56,984 nt of DNA from Coraliomargarita sp. CAG:312 (GTDB taxonomy: Bacteria > Verrucomicrobiota > Verrucomicrobiia > Opitutales > Intestinicryptomonadaceae), in NCBI GenBank assembly GCA_000438015.1, contig FR901603.1, positions 5,687 through 62,670 on the forward strand. The letters run 5' to 3'. The notes beneath the pieces were generated by a model. That model did not search any database and was not told the DNA's origin. It worked only from the letters and a program-made list of their open reading frames with translations. Within the stretch, counting starts at the first letter, position 1. The number at the start of each line of letters is the position of its first letter. Shown here in pieces: positions 28,172-39,149 of the stretch. Both the position numbers and the translations under genes were made by a program.

Positions 28172-28584
28172 CCGTTTAGGCATTATGGCGGATTTAGTCT
28201 AATTGGAGCTCGCTGCAAAGAAAAATGGCTGGGGCGTTGAACGGGGCAGGAAAACTGTTAAATTAGAATACGGGGTGGCAAATAAAGACCGATCCGGCTT
28301 TTCATATTCGTGCATCCGGCAAAGCGGTGGAGTATATCTTCCCTTTCGGAGTAAATATGGGATTAAAAATACGCGCGCAGTGGAGCGTCTTTTTAGGGGG
28401 TGGATATTCTCCCCTATTTTAAGGGCTTTTGGCTGGCAGCAGTATGCGCGGCGAGATTTTAGTTGTTTTTTCTCTTTGCGCGGGAAATATCGAAAATTAT
28501 TTATTTCGCGAAGATACGCGGGGTGCGATGTCCCGCGAACGCGGATATAGACGCAAGATTCTCCTCCATTGCATATGCATGCGC

Positions 28585-28626
28585 AAAAAAAACCGCACTA
28601 TCAATTTTACGGATTTGAGTGCGGTT
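28585..28626 (-). terminator. Probable terminator of the GH2 gene
   Basis: AACCGCACT...AGTGCGGTT inverted repeat. The adjacent plus-strand A-run gives a U tract on the minus strand. Confidence 0.6.
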
Positions 28627-28662
28627 ATTGCTTGGCTTTACTTCGTCTCAGCAAAAATGCGG

Positions 28663-31143
28663 CTACATTTCTCTTTTTATTTCCAGCTCTTTAAACCATT
28701 TTTTATAATTCGAAAGTTTAAAGGGAGGTTTGCCGTACATATAATGGTTTATTTGATCTTCCTTTCCGTCGACTGAGTATTTTATCAAAAGCATGCCTTG
28801 TCCTGTTTGCTCAGGGATTTTTCCGATATCTGATGAAGAATTTGCGGGGACGGTATATTCTTTCGACATAAGCTCTTTCCCTGAGTCGACATCCGTGACG
28901 GATATTTTTATATTGGCGTCTTTAGGCGTCGCATTTGCGGCTATAACTTTAAAGTCGTCGTTTATCATGGCGCAAACGTTTGTCTGGACGCGTTTAATAT
29001 AGTAGTAGGCGAGTTTTTTAGAATTATAATAGTCCACGATTGCGTCAGAGAGAATCGGCCATGCGTCCCGGAGATTCCACCATAGTATTCCGGTTTTAGG
29101 GCGGAACATTTGCGAACGCCACATCTCTATAAAATACTTTTTAGCTTCGGCTTGAACTACTTGAGAGGCAAATATAAAGTCGTCCAATTCTTGCGGGACT
29201 TCTCCAAACAAAATCTTCACTTGTTTTGTCATTAAATTGTTTCTTTGCGCCAGAAAGTCGGCGTTGGGATATGGCATTACGGCTTTAGCCTGCCATTGTT
29301 TGTTCCATTTGCCGTCTTTTGTCCAAGGATACACAAAATCCTTTTCCATCATTTTTTCCAGGCTGCTTCTATTGGGAGCTCCGTGGTAGCCTATTTCGCT
29401 AACAAAGACTGCTATGGCATCTTTGTAAAAAGGGTCTTTATAGTATCCGCGCGGCCCCCAAAGGTGGACTTCTGGCGCTGCGTATTTCTTGGGGTTTCTT
29501 ATTGAAAGCTCAGTTAGGTATGGGGAACTCGGAAGATATGGGCGGGTCCAGTCGTATTCAAAAATCGTGTTGGGAATGGTGAAGCGGCTGATTCTGTCGT
29601 GCTGAGGGGTGATTTTAAATTCTTTTCCGCGCCAAGTATATGCCTGGTCGTTTTCATTGTTGCCGGCCCATAGCGCCAGCGACGGGTGGCTTCTAAATTT
29701 ATGGACTACGGATTTTACTTCCTCCTCTATTTTTTTAGCGAAATCGGAATCTTGCGGATATACAGAACATCCCATGGAAAAATCCTGCCAAACCATTACG
29801 CCGTACTTGTCGCATAGATCGTAAAAATCAGAATCTTCGTAAACATTTCCGCCCCAACAGCGTATCATATTGCAGTTTAGGTCGACAATCATTTCCATGG
29901 CCTTTTCAAGGTGCTCTTTATCGCGGCTGTGCGAAGCGTCTAATGGGACCCAATTTGTTCCCTGCATAAAAATCGGAACATCGTTTACATAAAACCTGAA
30001 TTCCCCTTTTACTTTGTCTTTGCCTTCTGAAATTGATACATTTCCGTTGCCGAAAGTGTCTTGGGCCGTTTCGGGAAGTTCCAATTCCTTAAAATCGAGC
30101 CGCACGGTGCGGAATCCGAATTTTCTGCTGTCGGAGGCAAGCGACTTTCCGTCCTTGTCGACAATTTCTATTTTTGCGTCATACAGGGCGGGGTCTCCGT
30201 ATCCGCGGGGCCACCAGAGCGATATTTTGTCTATATAAAAGTTTATTAGGTTTGCGTAGCTCAATACAGGGGATTTTTTTTGCAGTAACGTTTTTCCGTC
30301 TTTGGATATTGTCAGCACGATGGATAGGCTATCGGCCATGTCAAACGGCATATTTAGCTTTACATTTGCGTATGCATGGGCTGAGCCGTTTTTAGGGTTT
30401 ACGCTCCGCGTATACCAATGAACATCCTCGATGTGCACCGGGTTGCGTATTTCTATCTCCGCGTCGCGCCAGAGCCCGACTGAAACAATGCGCGGATGGA
30501 TATCCCATCCGAAACTTGCCGGAGCTTTGCGGATGTGCATTCTTTCTATGAGCGAGCCTCCAAAAATCTGGTCGAATTTTGACGATTCGACCGGAACCGA
30601 TCTTAGAATAATTTCGATTCTATTTGTTTCTACTTTATTTAGCAACCCTGTGATATCATATTTATGCTCTATGAACATATTTTCCGGGCTGCCTACAAGT
30701 TTTCCGTTTAAAAATACGTCGGCTAGAGTATCCACTCCCTTTAAGTTTAGGATTGCGCGCTGCCCGTCCTTTAGTTCAGGGGAATTGAATTCGCGAGAGT
30801 ACATCCATTGAAGCCCTTCAAATTTGCGCAGCTGGTAAACATTATCTCCGACAAGGGGATTGGATATGAGTTTTGCGTTGTACAAGTCTATTTCGGCGTT
30901 CCCTGGAACCGATGCGGGAATTGTTGTTATCGCATTGAGAGCTTTAAATTCCGAGGGTGTGCGCGCGGCGTCGTGCGGCTGCTTGGCAAAAGACAAATCC
31001 CATTGGCCGTTTAGCGATATTTTTTGTTGCCCGCCGGGAGATTTTCCCGGCTCTATTGGCGTTTTTCCCTTTAAGAATAGCACTGCAGCGACAATTATCG
31101 CTGCGGCGACCGCAAGATTCCTGTAAAATTTAGTGCTTTTCAT
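28663..31143 (-). CDS. Glycoside hydrolase family 2 (beta-mannosidase-like), with N-terminal membrane anchor or signal
   Basis: RKAPASFGWD, GTNWVP, NMIRCWGG, WAGNNE (acid/base) and FVSEIG (nucleophile) motifs. Confidence 0.92.
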   Translation of the reverse strand: MKSTKFYRNLAVAAAIIVAAVLFLKGKTPIEPGKSPGGQQKISLNGQWDLSFAKQPHDAARTPSEFKALNAITTIPASVPGNAEIDLYNAKLISNPLVGDNVYQLRKFEGLQWMYSREFNSPELKDGQRAILNLKGVDTLADVFLNGKLVGSPENMFIEHKYDITGLLNKVETNRIEIILRSVPVESSKFDQIFGGSLIERMHIRKAPASFGWDIHPRIVSVGLWRDAEIEIRNPVHIEDVHWYTRSVNPKNGSAHAYANVKLNMPFDMADSLSIVLTISKDGKTLLQKKSPVLSYANLINFYIDKISLWWPRGYGDPALYDAKIEIVDKDGKSLASDSRKFGFRTVRLDFKELELPETAQDTFGNGNVSISEGKDKVKGEFRFYVNDVPIFMQGTNWVPLDASHSRDKEHLEKAMEMIVDLNCNMIRCWGGNVYEDSDFYDLCDKYGVMVWQDFSMGCSVYPQDSDFAKKIEEEVKSVVHKFRSHPSLALWAGNNENDQAYTWRGKEFKITPQHDRISRFTIPNTIFEYDWTRPYLPSSPYLTELSIRNPKKYAAPEVHLWGPRGYYKDPFYKDAIAVFVSEIGYHGAPNRSSLEKMMEKDFVYPWTKDGKWNKQWQAKAVMPYPNADFLAQRNNLMTKQVKILFGEVPQELDDFIFASQVVQAEAKKYFIEMWRSQMFRPKTGILWWNLRDAWPILSDAIVDYYNSKKLAYYYIKRVQTNVCAMINDDFKVIAANATPKDANIKISVTDVDSGKELMSKEYTVPANSSSDIGKIPEQTGQGMLLIKYSVDGKEDQINHYMYGKPPFKLSNYKKWFKELEIKREM

Positions 31144-31306
31144 TCTGTAAAATCCTTCCTCCGCAATTCATTGTATTACATTAGCAAGTTAAACTTTAGC
31201 AGTGAAAAAGATTTTCGGCAATGTATAAAAATGACATCTTTTTTTTTTAGGCTGCGCACAGTAAAAAGGTTTCCTGGACTTTAAAAATATTTCGCGCAGG
31301 TTGGTT

Positions 31307-32353
31307 TCAGCGCGCAGGTTGGTCGGGGGATTTTGGAATCTTGATGTTGAAGTTTTCAATAATTGCTTCGGCGGCAGATGCGCAGCCGGCTTTTTTTATT
31401 TTTCCTGCGCTAAGTCCATTAAGCTTAAATATCGCCAAATCTTTTGATTTCGCCTCAAGCATGCAGATGTAGGGGACCCCAAAATATGGTGGATGGTTTT
31501 TGCAAAAATCAGAGTGGGCTGCCGGTCGGTTGCTTTTTGCGCTCTCGGAATAATGGCAAACTGGAGCCAGTTTTCCCCATGTCGCCGCCGCGGCAAAAAA
31601 TGCGGATTTCTCTGAAATTCCCGGCGGGTTTATCCTGTTGTGGTGGAAATCTAAAACTACTGGAATTCTTTTGCCGAAAGACTTATCTAGCTCGGCGGAT
31701 TTTAGAAAATCAACCAGATTTTTTAAATTCCAAAATCCCCTGTCTTCGTTCTCAAACGTTATCCTGGCGCGTGCGGACTTGCTTAACATTTTAAGCCCGC
31801 GCATAAAGTCGGATTTAAAATTTTTTGCGCTTTTTGGATTTCTGGCAATGTGCAAATTTATTGGCGCCTCGGGTGATTTTGGCGCGCCAATTAAATCAAG
31901 TATTAGAGCGTTGAGGTTTATGTCGGCGGCTGCTGCGCGCGCCACACCGCATTTCTCGGAAGCCAACACAATAAATTGTGACGGATGCGTGGAAAGCCCG
32001 ACTTTTCCGGATTTTGCCGCCTTGCCGCAGCGTTTTAATGTTTTTTTTATTTCAGGGAAATTTCTAAGCCCATCAAGGCTTATTTTTAGTTTAGGGTGCG
32101 TCAGGAGCGGAAAAATGTCCGACGGCATTCGATATCTGCTTATCGAGTTCAGGGCGCAAAATTCAATATGCCTTAATAGTGTTTCTGCATTGTGCAGGCA
32201 TATTTGCGATAATTTATCTACGGCTTTTGCGCGTGGAAGTTTTGAAAAATTGGAATGCGAAAAGCGTCTGTATCCCACTCCGTGTTTTTTTAATACAAGG
32301 CTAATGCAACAAAGGCCGTATCCGATAGATATATTTTTTTTACTGTTTGCCAC
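31307..32353 (-). CDS. uvsE: UV DNA damage endonuclease
   Basis: YRMPSDIFPL, STHPSQF, INLHI, FENED, VLDFHH, CHYSES, AHSDF and LEAKSKDLA motifs. GTG start. Confidence 0.9.
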   Translation of the reverse strand: MANSKKNISIGYGLCCISLVLKKHGVGYRRFSHSNFSKLPRAKAVDKLSQICLHNAETLLRHIEFCALNSISRYRMPSDIFPLLTHPKLKISLDGLRNFPEIKKTLKRCGKAAKSGKVGLSTHPSQFIVLASEKCGVARAAAADINLNALILDLIGAPKSPEAPINLHIARNPKSAKNFKSDFMRGLKMLSKSARARITFENEDRGFWNLKNLVDFLKSAELDKSFGKRIPVVLDFHHNRINPPGISEKSAFFAAAATWGKLAPVCHYSESAKSNRPAAHSDFCKNHPPYFGVPYICMLEAKSKDLAIFKLNGLSAGKIKKAGCASAAEAIIENFNIKIPKSPDQPAR

Positions 32354-32502
32354 TTGTGTTATTTCTTTACTTGAATCGGAATCCGGGCAAAATTTTTAAA
32401 CTTTGCGCCCAAGGCTTTCGCGCGAGAGTGTCTCGAAATATTGCGCCTGAAGTTTTCCAAAAAAAAAACTGTCCGGAAAACGGAAATTTTTTTGAAAAAG
32501 TG

Positions 32503-32537
32503 TTGACAGTAAAAAAAAATTCAACCATTTGGTTGAA
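32503..32537 (+). promoter_or_regulatory. TetR gene promoter with palindromic operator TTCAACCA-TT-TGGTTGAA (32520-32537)
   Basis: TTGACA at 32503. A perfect 8-bp inverted repeat covers the -10/+1 region, 4 nt before the ATG at 32542. Confidence 0.7.
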
Positions 32538-32541
32538 CCTA

Positions 32542-33213
32542 ATGATTAAAAAAAATTACATATCCGAGATAATCGACGGCAAGTTTTCGGACGCGCGCGT
32601 CAAGATTATAAACGCGGGGCTTAAAGAGTTTGCAAAAAACTCGTTTGGCGCCGTAAGGACGCGCGAGATCGCCGCTTTGGCGGGGGTAAACCATGCCGCT
32701 ATAAGCTATTATTTCGGAGGCAAGAAAGAACTTTACAAGGAAATTGCCAGGCAGGTTGTGGATTTTATCGAAGTGTATTCGACTCCTTATTTTGAGCGCG
32801 CAAAAGCCATATACAAGTCTAAGTCGCGCGCCGACGCGCAAATTTTGATAAGAGACTATGTTATGAGCAGGGTCTGCGCGGAGTCTGAAAAAGACGGTGA
32901 GATTCTTCGCTGTATGATAATGATTATAACTCGCGAGGAAATGTACCAGACTGAAATATTCGATATTTTCTACAACGGGGCATTTAAACCTTCAGGGGAT
33001 ATGATGCTAAAGCTTGTGGAAATAGCTTCAGACGGCAGATATAGCGGTGAGTCGGCGATGGTTGTGTCGGAAATGATAATGGGGCAAGTCCATATGTTTA
33101 ATTCCGCGCGCGCCGGATTTAAGCGCATGAACAAATGGAAGACTTTTGGCGAGAGGGAGATTTCTGTTGTAAGGGATAAATTTTCGGAAATGTTGGGGCG
33201 TATATTCGCATAG
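32542..33213 (+). CDS. TetR/AcrR-family regulator (CecR/YbiH-like)
   Basis: HTH motif TREIAALAGVNHAAISYYFGGKKELY. First gene of the RND operon. Likely ATG at 32542. Confidence 0.92.
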   Translation: MIKKNYISEIIDGKFSDARVKIINAGLKEFAKNSFGAVRTREIAALAGVNHAAISYYFGGKKELYKEIARQVVDFIEVYSTPYFERAKAIYKSKSRADAQILIRDYVMSRVCAESEKDGEILRCMIMIITREEMYQTEIFDIFYNGAFKPSGDMMLKLVEIASDGRYSGESAMVVSEMIMGQVHMFNSARAGFKRMNKWKTFGEREISVVRDKFSEMLGRIFA

Positions 33214-33261
33214 CCACCGCTACATTAATTATACAAAAGCAAGTTAATTTATAAAGGGAAA

Positions 33262-34419
33262 ATGAAACAATCAAAATCTATATTGACTAAAATTAACATA
33301 GCAGCATTTGCCGCCCTGGCTTTGGTTTTGGCAGCGGGATGCGACAAGAAAAATGGGCAGGGCGACCAGAAAGAAACTCAGGCGCCCGTCGTAAAGGTAA
33401 TGAATCCCATTAAGAAAAATGTGGATATGTGGGATGAATATACTGCGAGAATAGACGCTCTTGCGTATGTGGAATTGCGCGCACGCGTAAGCGGATATCT
33501 CGAAAAGGTATTTTTTGTGGAAGGGCAGGATGTCAAAGAGGGCGACATGCTTTTTAGGATAGATCCTCGCCCCTACCAGGCCGCTTTGGATTCATGCAAG
33601 GCTGGCGTAAAAGAAGTGGAGGCGCGTTTGGCTCTAGCTCAGAACAACCTTAAGCGCGCAAAGGATTTGCTCGCGGCAAATACTATATCGAAGGAAACAT
33701 ACGAGACCAGAAACAGCGAACTTCTCGCAGCGCAGGCGGAATTGTTGAACGCCAAGGCGAAATTGCGCGACGCAGAGTTAAATTTGGAATTTACCGAAAT
33801 TCGCGCCCCTATTTCTGGCAAAGTCGGAGAGACTTTTGTCGATCCCGGAAATTTGATCACCGCAAACTCAACGCTTCTTACAACCATAGTAAAAAGCGAT
33901 GTCGTTCAGGCGTATTTTGAGATAAGCGAACGCGACGTAATGAATTACAAGAAAAACGGGCTATTCAATAAAATCGACATAATAAAAAAGACAGGTCCTG
34001 TTGTTGAGCTCCAGATGATGGAGAACTCCGGGGACAAAATGAAGAGGGGCGTTCTAAATTATTACGACAACAGGATTGGCGTTGAGACGTCCAGTTTGAC
34101 TTTGCGCGCCGATTTCGACAATAAGGACGGCAAGCTTTCTCCTGGAATGTTCGCCAAAGCCCGCGTGCTTTCGGAAGAGAATGTCGAGGTAATGCTGCTT
34201 CCGGAGGACATAATCGGTACAGACCTTATAAACAGATATGTGGTTGTTGTCGATGAAAACAATGTCGCCCAATATAAGGCTGTAAAAATCGGAAAACTTT
34301 TGGGCAAATACAGGGTTATAGAAGGCGGCTTGAGCTTTGGAGACAAGGTTGTTTCTGTCGGGCTGCAGCGCGCTGTGCCGGGAAATAAAGTTACGCCTGA
34401 ATTTGAAAAGGCGCAATAG
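33262..34419 (+). CDS. RND efflux periplasmic adaptor (MexE/AcrA-like lipoprotein)
   Basis: Lipobox AAG-C; ELRARVSGYL, IDPRPYQA, IRAPISG and PGMFA motifs. Confidence 0.95.
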   Translation: MKQSKSILTKINIAAFAALALVLAAGCDKKNGQGDQKETQAPVVKVMNPIKKNVDMWDEYTARIDALAYVELRARVSGYLEKVFFVEGQDVKEGDMLFRIDPRPYQAALDSCKAGVKEVEARLALAQNNLKRAKDLLAANTISKETYETRNSELLAAQAELLNAKAKLRDAELNLEFTEIRAPISGKVGETFVDPGNLITANSTLLTTIVKSDVVQAYFEISERDVMNYKKNGLFNKIDIIKKTGPVVELQMMENSGDKMKRGVLNYYDNRIGVETSSLTLRADFDNKDGKLSPGMFAKARVLSEENVEVMLLPEDIIGTDLINRYVVVVDENNVAQYKAVKIGKLLGKYRVIEGGLSFGDKVVSVGLQRAVPGNKVTPEFEKAQ

Positions 34420-34443
34420 TTTAATCCGCATAGGGGAAATCAA

Positions 34444-37400
34444 ATGAAATTTTCGCATTTTTTTATAGACCGCCCTATCTTTGCTGCGGTTGTATCCATT
34501 CTAATTACATTGGTGGGGGTTGTCGGATATATGAGGCTTCCTGTTTCACAGTATCCCGACATTGTTCCTCCGGCCATAGTTGTGTCCACAACTTATCTTG
34601 GGGCATCTCCAGAAATCCTCATGGATACCGTCGTTGCTCCTTTGGAGCAGGAAATAAACGGCGTTGAGAAAATGATCTACATGTCCAGCCTTTGCAGCGC
34701 CAATGGACAGGTTCAAATAACGGTAACTTTCGAGCTTGGAACCAACATCGACATAGCGCAGGTACAAGTTCAAAACAGGGTGTCGATGGCAACTCCCCGC
34801 TTGCCCGAGGATGTTAGAAATATAGGTGTAGTCGTAAAAAAGAAGTCTCCGGACATGCTTCTTGCCGTGAACTTATTTTCACCGGACGGAAGCAGGGACA
34901 AGCTGTATCTGACAAATTATGCCATAACCCAGATGAACGACAGGCTCGCCCGCATATATGGAGTTTCCGAAGTGACCGTATTCGGTCCGCGCGAATACAG
35001 TATGCGCATATGGTTGAATCCCGACAGGCTGTCCCACTTCAACATGGCGCCTAGCGATGTTGTAAACGCCCTTAGGGAACAGAACCAGCAGGTGGCGGCA
35101 GGCAAGCTTAACCAGCCTCCCCTTGCGTCGCCCGACGTCGCCCACGAATTGATTATAAACACCCAGGGCAGGCTTGAAAAACCTGAGGAGTTTGAAAATA
35201 TTATAATAAAATATACAAGCGACGGGAAAACCGTACAGTTGAAGGATGTCGCGCGCGTTGAGCTTGGGTCGTATTCATACACGGAAGAATCCTACGCTAA
35301 TGGGCATCCGGCCGTGACTTTGGGCATTTACCAATTGCCTGGAACAAACGCATTGGATACGGCAATACGCATAAAGAAAGAACTCGACGAAATGAAGAAA
35401 TCGTTCCCAATGGGAGTCGAGTATATGATTTCCTACGATAACACGGAATACATCCGCACATCTGTCGACGCCGTTTACCATACGATTTACGAAGCGGTAA
35501 TTTTGGTCGTGTTTGTCATGATGTTGTTCCTGCAGAATTGGAGGGCGGCGGTTATTCCCCTGTTTGCGATTCCGGTATCTTTGATAGGAACTTTTGCGTT
35601 CATGTCTTTCTTAGGTTTCTCGATAAACAACCTTTCTTTGTTCGGGCTCGTATTGGCAATCGGAATAGTTGTTGACGACGCTATTGTCGTGGTTGAAAAC
35701 GTTGAAAGAAACATGCGCGACGGCCTTGACGCAAAAGAGGCGACCAAAAAGGCTATGTCCCAAGTCCAGGGGGCGCTCATCGCAATCGTTCTGGTTCTTT
35801 CGAGCGTGTTTATTCCGACCGCGTTCGTAGAGGGGATTTCCGGACAGTTTTACCGGCAGTTTGCGTTGACGATCGCCGTTTCCACAATATTATCCGGAGT
35901 TGTTTCGCTCACTCTGACGCCTGCCTTGGCGGCCATAATGATGCGCCACCACGATAAGCCGGATTTATTTACGCGGCTGTGGAATTTCTTTTTAGGTTGG
36001 TTCTTTAACGGTTTTAACAGGGGATTTGAATGGGTCGCCGACAAGTATGGAAAGATAGTGAGGGGAGTGGTAAAAACTTCCTATCTATGGCTGCTCGTAT
36101 ATGCCGGGCTTATAGCGCTTACCGTCTATGTTTTCGACATAACTCCCAAAGGATTTATTCCAAAGCAGGACAATGGCTACATATTGGTCACGTCTCAGCT
36201 GCCCGACGGCGTTGCGCTTTCGCACACCGACGACGTAATGAGGAAAGTTCAAGATATTATAAAGAATACAGAAGGCATACAGGATATAATGTCGATTGTC
36301 GGCATTAACGGCACAACTTTTTCCAAGACTTCAAATGCGGGCGCAATGTTTGTAAAAATGAGGCCTAAGGAAGAGCGCATAAAGAAGGGATTGACTTTGG
36401 ACAATATGGTCAGGATTCTGTCCCAGAAACTTGCCATACAGGTCCCGGAAGCTGTCACTTTCGTTCTCACGCCGCCCGCCGTCAACGGCATAGGCGCCGG
36501 AGGAGACTTCAAATGCATGGTTCAAGACAGGACCGACCACGGCATAAAGGCTGTTGAGAAATACACAAGATTGATTGCCGAAAAAGCGACGCAGACACCG
36601 GAAATTGCGCTGGCGTTTTCTACATATAGAATAGCCTCTCCGGAATTGTATGTGGATATCGACCGCGAGCGCGCGCAAAAGCTCAACGTGCCGATTAGTT
36701 CCATATTTGAGGCAATGCAGTTTAATATGGGGTCGGTTTATGTAAACGACTTTAATATTTTAAACCGCGTTTACCGCGTTGTTGCCCAAGCCGAGGGATC
36801 GCAGCGCACAGATATTCCTGACTTGTACAATTTGAAAGTTCCAAATGTTCGCGGCGTCAATGTTCCGCTTGGCTCTGTGGCGTCGGTCAAGCGCACGATC
36901 GGGCCGGAGCGCGTGGGCAGATACAATCTTTATCCGGCGGCCGAAGTTATGGGAAACCTTGCGCCGGGATATAGCACCGGCCAGGCAATGGCCGCGATAG
37001 AACAAATCGCCGAGGATGTTCTTCCGGACGGGATGGGCATTGAATGGACTGATTTGGCATATCAAGAAAAGCTTGTAGGAAACACGTCAATTATAATATT
37101 TTCATTGTGCGTAGTATTCGTATTCCTGCTGTTGGCTGCGCTGTACGAGAGCTGGAAGCTTCCATTGTCGGTGATATTGGTGGTTCCCCTCGTATTGCTT
37201 TTCGCAATGGCCGGAGTCCTTTACAGGGGGATGGATAATAACATTATGACGCAAATCGGTTTTGTTGTTCTAATCGGTTTGGCTTGCAAAAATGCCATAT
37301 TGATTGTCGAATTTGCAAAACAGCGCCAAGAAAAGGGCGAAGAGGTTGTTCATGCGGTAAGCATGGCGGCAAGAAACAGGCTTCGCCCCATCTTGATGAC

Positions 37401-37590
37401 GTCTTTTGCCTTCATATTGGGAGTTGTTCCTCTCGCGTACGCTACGTCTTCGGGTTCGGAGTTGCGCCAGGCTTTAGGAACGTCAGTGTTCTTCGGAATG
37501 ATAGGCGTGACGCTATTCGGACTTCTGTTTACCCCCGTGTTCTTTTATGTTATTAGAAAGGGCTATAAGCCTGAAAACGTTCAACAATGA
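34444..37590 (+). CDS. HAE1 RND efflux permease (MexF/AcrB-like)
   Basis: FFIDRPIFA, GIVVDDAIVVVENVER, KNAILIVEFA and RLRPILMTS motifs. Confidence 0.97.
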   Translation: MKFSHFFIDRPIFAAVVSILITLVGVVGYMRLPVSQYPDIVPPAIVVSTTYLGASPEILMDTVVAPLEQEINGVEKMIYMSSLCSANGQVQITVTFELGTNIDIAQVQVQNRVSMATPRLPEDVRNIGVVVKKKSPDMLLAVNLFSPDGSRDKLYLTNYAITQMNDRLARIYGVSEVTVFGPREYSMRIWLNPDRLSHFNMAPSDVVNALREQNQQVAAGKLNQPPLASPDVAHELIINTQGRLEKPEEFENIIIKYTSDGKTVQLKDVARVELGSYSYTEESYANGHPAVTLGIYQLPGTNALDTAIRIKKELDEMKKSFPMGVEYMISYDNTEYIRTSVDAVYHTIYEAVILVVFVMMLFLQNWRAAVIPLFAIPVSLIGTFAFMSFLGFSINNLSLFGLVLAIGIVVDDAIVVVENVERNMRDGLDAKEATKKAMSQVQGALIAIVLVLSSVFIPTAFVEGISGQFYRQFALTIAVSTILSGVVSLTLTPALAAIMMRHHDKPDLFTRLWNFFLGWFFNGFNRGFEWVADKYGKIVRGVVKTSYLWLLVYAGLIALTVYVFDITPKGFIPKQDNGYILVTSQLPDGVALSHTDDVMRKVQDIIKNTEGIQDIMSIVGINGTTFSKTSNAGAMFVKMRPKEERIKKGLTLDNMVRILSQKLAIQVPEAVTFVLTPPAVNGIGAGGDFKCMVQDRTDHGIKAVEKYTRLIAEKATQTPEIALAFSTYRIASPELYVDIDRERAQKLNVPISSIFEAMQFNMGSVYVNDFNILNRVYRVVAQAEGSQRTDIPDLYNLKVPNVRGVNVPLGSVASVKRTIGPERVGRYNLYPAAEVMGNLAPGYSTGQAMAAIEQIAEDVLPDGMGIEWTDLAYQEKLVGNTSIIIFSLCVVFVFLLLAALYESWKLPLSVILVVPLVLLFAMAGVLYRGMDNNIMTQIGFVVLIGLACKNAILIVEFAKQRQEKGEEVVHAVSMAARNRLRPILMTSFAFILGVVPLAYATSSGSELRQALGTSVFFGMIGVTLFGLLFTPVFFYVIRKGYKPENVQQ

Positions 37591-37603
37591 CACGATTTGC
37601 TAT

Positions 37604-39088
37604 ATGAAAAACTACAAGCACAATATACTTTTTTTCGGCATGGCCGTCGCGCTTGCGGGGTGCATGGTCGGTCCCGACTATGTGGAGCCTTCGGTCGGGG
37701 CTCTTGAGTCCGACTTAAAAGCGGAGCATTTTTTCCGCGACGAGGGCCTATGGAAAGAGGCTGTTCCGGCGGATTCTCTCCCAAAGGGAGATTGGTGGAG
37801 CGTCTTCGGAGATGCGCAGCTGGATTCTCTGCTAAAGCAGTGCAGGGAAAACAATCCCAATCTATCTGCGGCGTTTTACCGCGTGGAGCAGGCGCGCGAG
37901 AACGCCCGCATGGAGAAGTCGCAGCTTTATCCGTGGCTTAGCGGAAACGGTTCTTTTGAAACCGTGAATCCGTCTAAAAATGTGGCTCAAAGCAGCGGTT
38001 CTTATGAAAAATGGACTACTGGCTTCGGTCTTACATGGGATTTGGACTTGTTCGGGCGCATTAGAAGCATCCTAGAGGCGGATATTGCCGACGCCCAAGC
38101 TGAATTGGATGCCTATAACAATCTAATTCTCTCAATGCAGACAAGCGTAGCGAACAGTTATTTCACGATACGCCAATACCGTTCTGAAATAGAATTGCTC
38201 GACCGCACGCTGAATGTGCGCAAAGAGCAGACAGACCTCGTGCGCCGCCGTGTCGAGCTGGATTTTGCCAGCGAGCTGGACTTGCAGCGTGCCATACAGC
38301 AGGAGTGCGATGCGGCCGCGCAGTTGGCCGCCCTTCAGCGCAGCTTGGCCCTCGAGAAAAACAATATCGCAATTTTAGTTGGAACAACTCCGTCAAAGTT
38401 GAACATAAAAATCGAGCCATTGGGCGAGGTTTTACCAAAGCTTCCCGCGGCTGTTCCCTCGCAGCTGCTTGAGCGCCGCCCAGACATAGCGGCCGCCGAG
38501 CGGGCCGTATATGCGGCAAACGCGCGGATAGGCGCGGCGCATGCCGGATACTTCCCCACGGTTTCGATTTCTGCTAATACCGATCTGTCTGCAAACAAGA
38601 TAGAGAAACTTGTAAATTCAAGCAGTTTTGCATGGGGTATAAGCCCTCAAATTTATATACCTATTTTCCAAGCCGGCAGGACTTACGCCCAGAAGCAAGT
38701 TGCCCTTGCCGCACACAAGGAAACTCTTGAAAATTACAAGGCGGTCGTTTTAAATGCGATAGGCGAAGTTGAGAACGCCCTCTCTGAAATAAACAATTTA
38801 AGGGTGGAGTATAAAAAGCGCATTGACGTCACAAATGCTTCTTTGAAAGTTCAGGAGCTCACAATAAGGCAATACGAGCTTGGCTTTGTGGACTATTTTT
38901 CCGTGAGCGACGCGCAGCGACAGGCGCTAATAGACGAGCGCGAGCAAATAGCGCTTCGCGGCAGCCGTTTCCGCGCTTGCGTGAATTTGATAGCCGCCAT
39001 CGGCGGCGGCTGGCAATTGAACGACGAAGAACAAAGAGAAGCTTTGGAGCCCAAACTTGAGGACAACTTGTTAGTGTATCCTCAATGA
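37604..39088 (+). CDS. Outer-membrane efflux lipoprotein (OprN/NodT family)
   Basis: LAG-CMVGPDY, WDLDLFGR and PSQLLERRPDIAAAE motifs. ATG at 37604. Confidence 0.95.
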   Translation: MKNYKHNILFFGMAVALAGCMVGPDYVEPSVGALESDLKAEHFFRDEGLWKEAVPADSLPKGDWWSVFGDAQLDSLLKQCRENNPNLSAAFYRVEQARENARMEKSQLYPWLSGNGSFETVNPSKNVAQSSGSYEKWTTGFGLTWDLDLFGRIRSILEADIADAQAELDAYNNLILSMQTSVANSYFTIRQYRSEIELLDRTLNVRKEQTDLVRRRVELDFASELDLQRAIQQECDAAAQLAALQRSLALEKNNIAILVGTTPSKLNIKIEPLGEVLPKLPAAVPSQLLERRPDIAAAERAVYAANARIGAAHAGYFPTVSISANTDLSANKIEKLVNSSSFAWGISPQIYIPIFQAGRTYAQKQVALAAHKETLENYKAVVLNAIGEVENALSEINNLRVEYKKRIDVTNASLKVQELTIRQYELGFVDYFSVSDAQRQALIDEREQIALRGSRFRACVNLIAAIGGGWQLNDEEQREALEPKLEDNLLVYPQ

Positions 39089-39149
39089 TAGATTCTTTAG
39101 CATGTCCGGCGCCAGCGCCTAAGGCGCGGCGCTAGTTTTAGGGTAAGCT

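Noticed and set aside
28172..28584. Spacer between two terminators with 115-aa ORFs and weak hairpins
   Set aside because: TTG starts without RBS and protein-unlike sequence. The hairpins are short and imperfect.
31638..32399. 253-aa plus-strand ORF, and similar long antisense ORFs over CNNM, lutB, the NtrC-family gene and PIG-L
   Set aside because: Shadows of motif-supported genes on the opposite strand.
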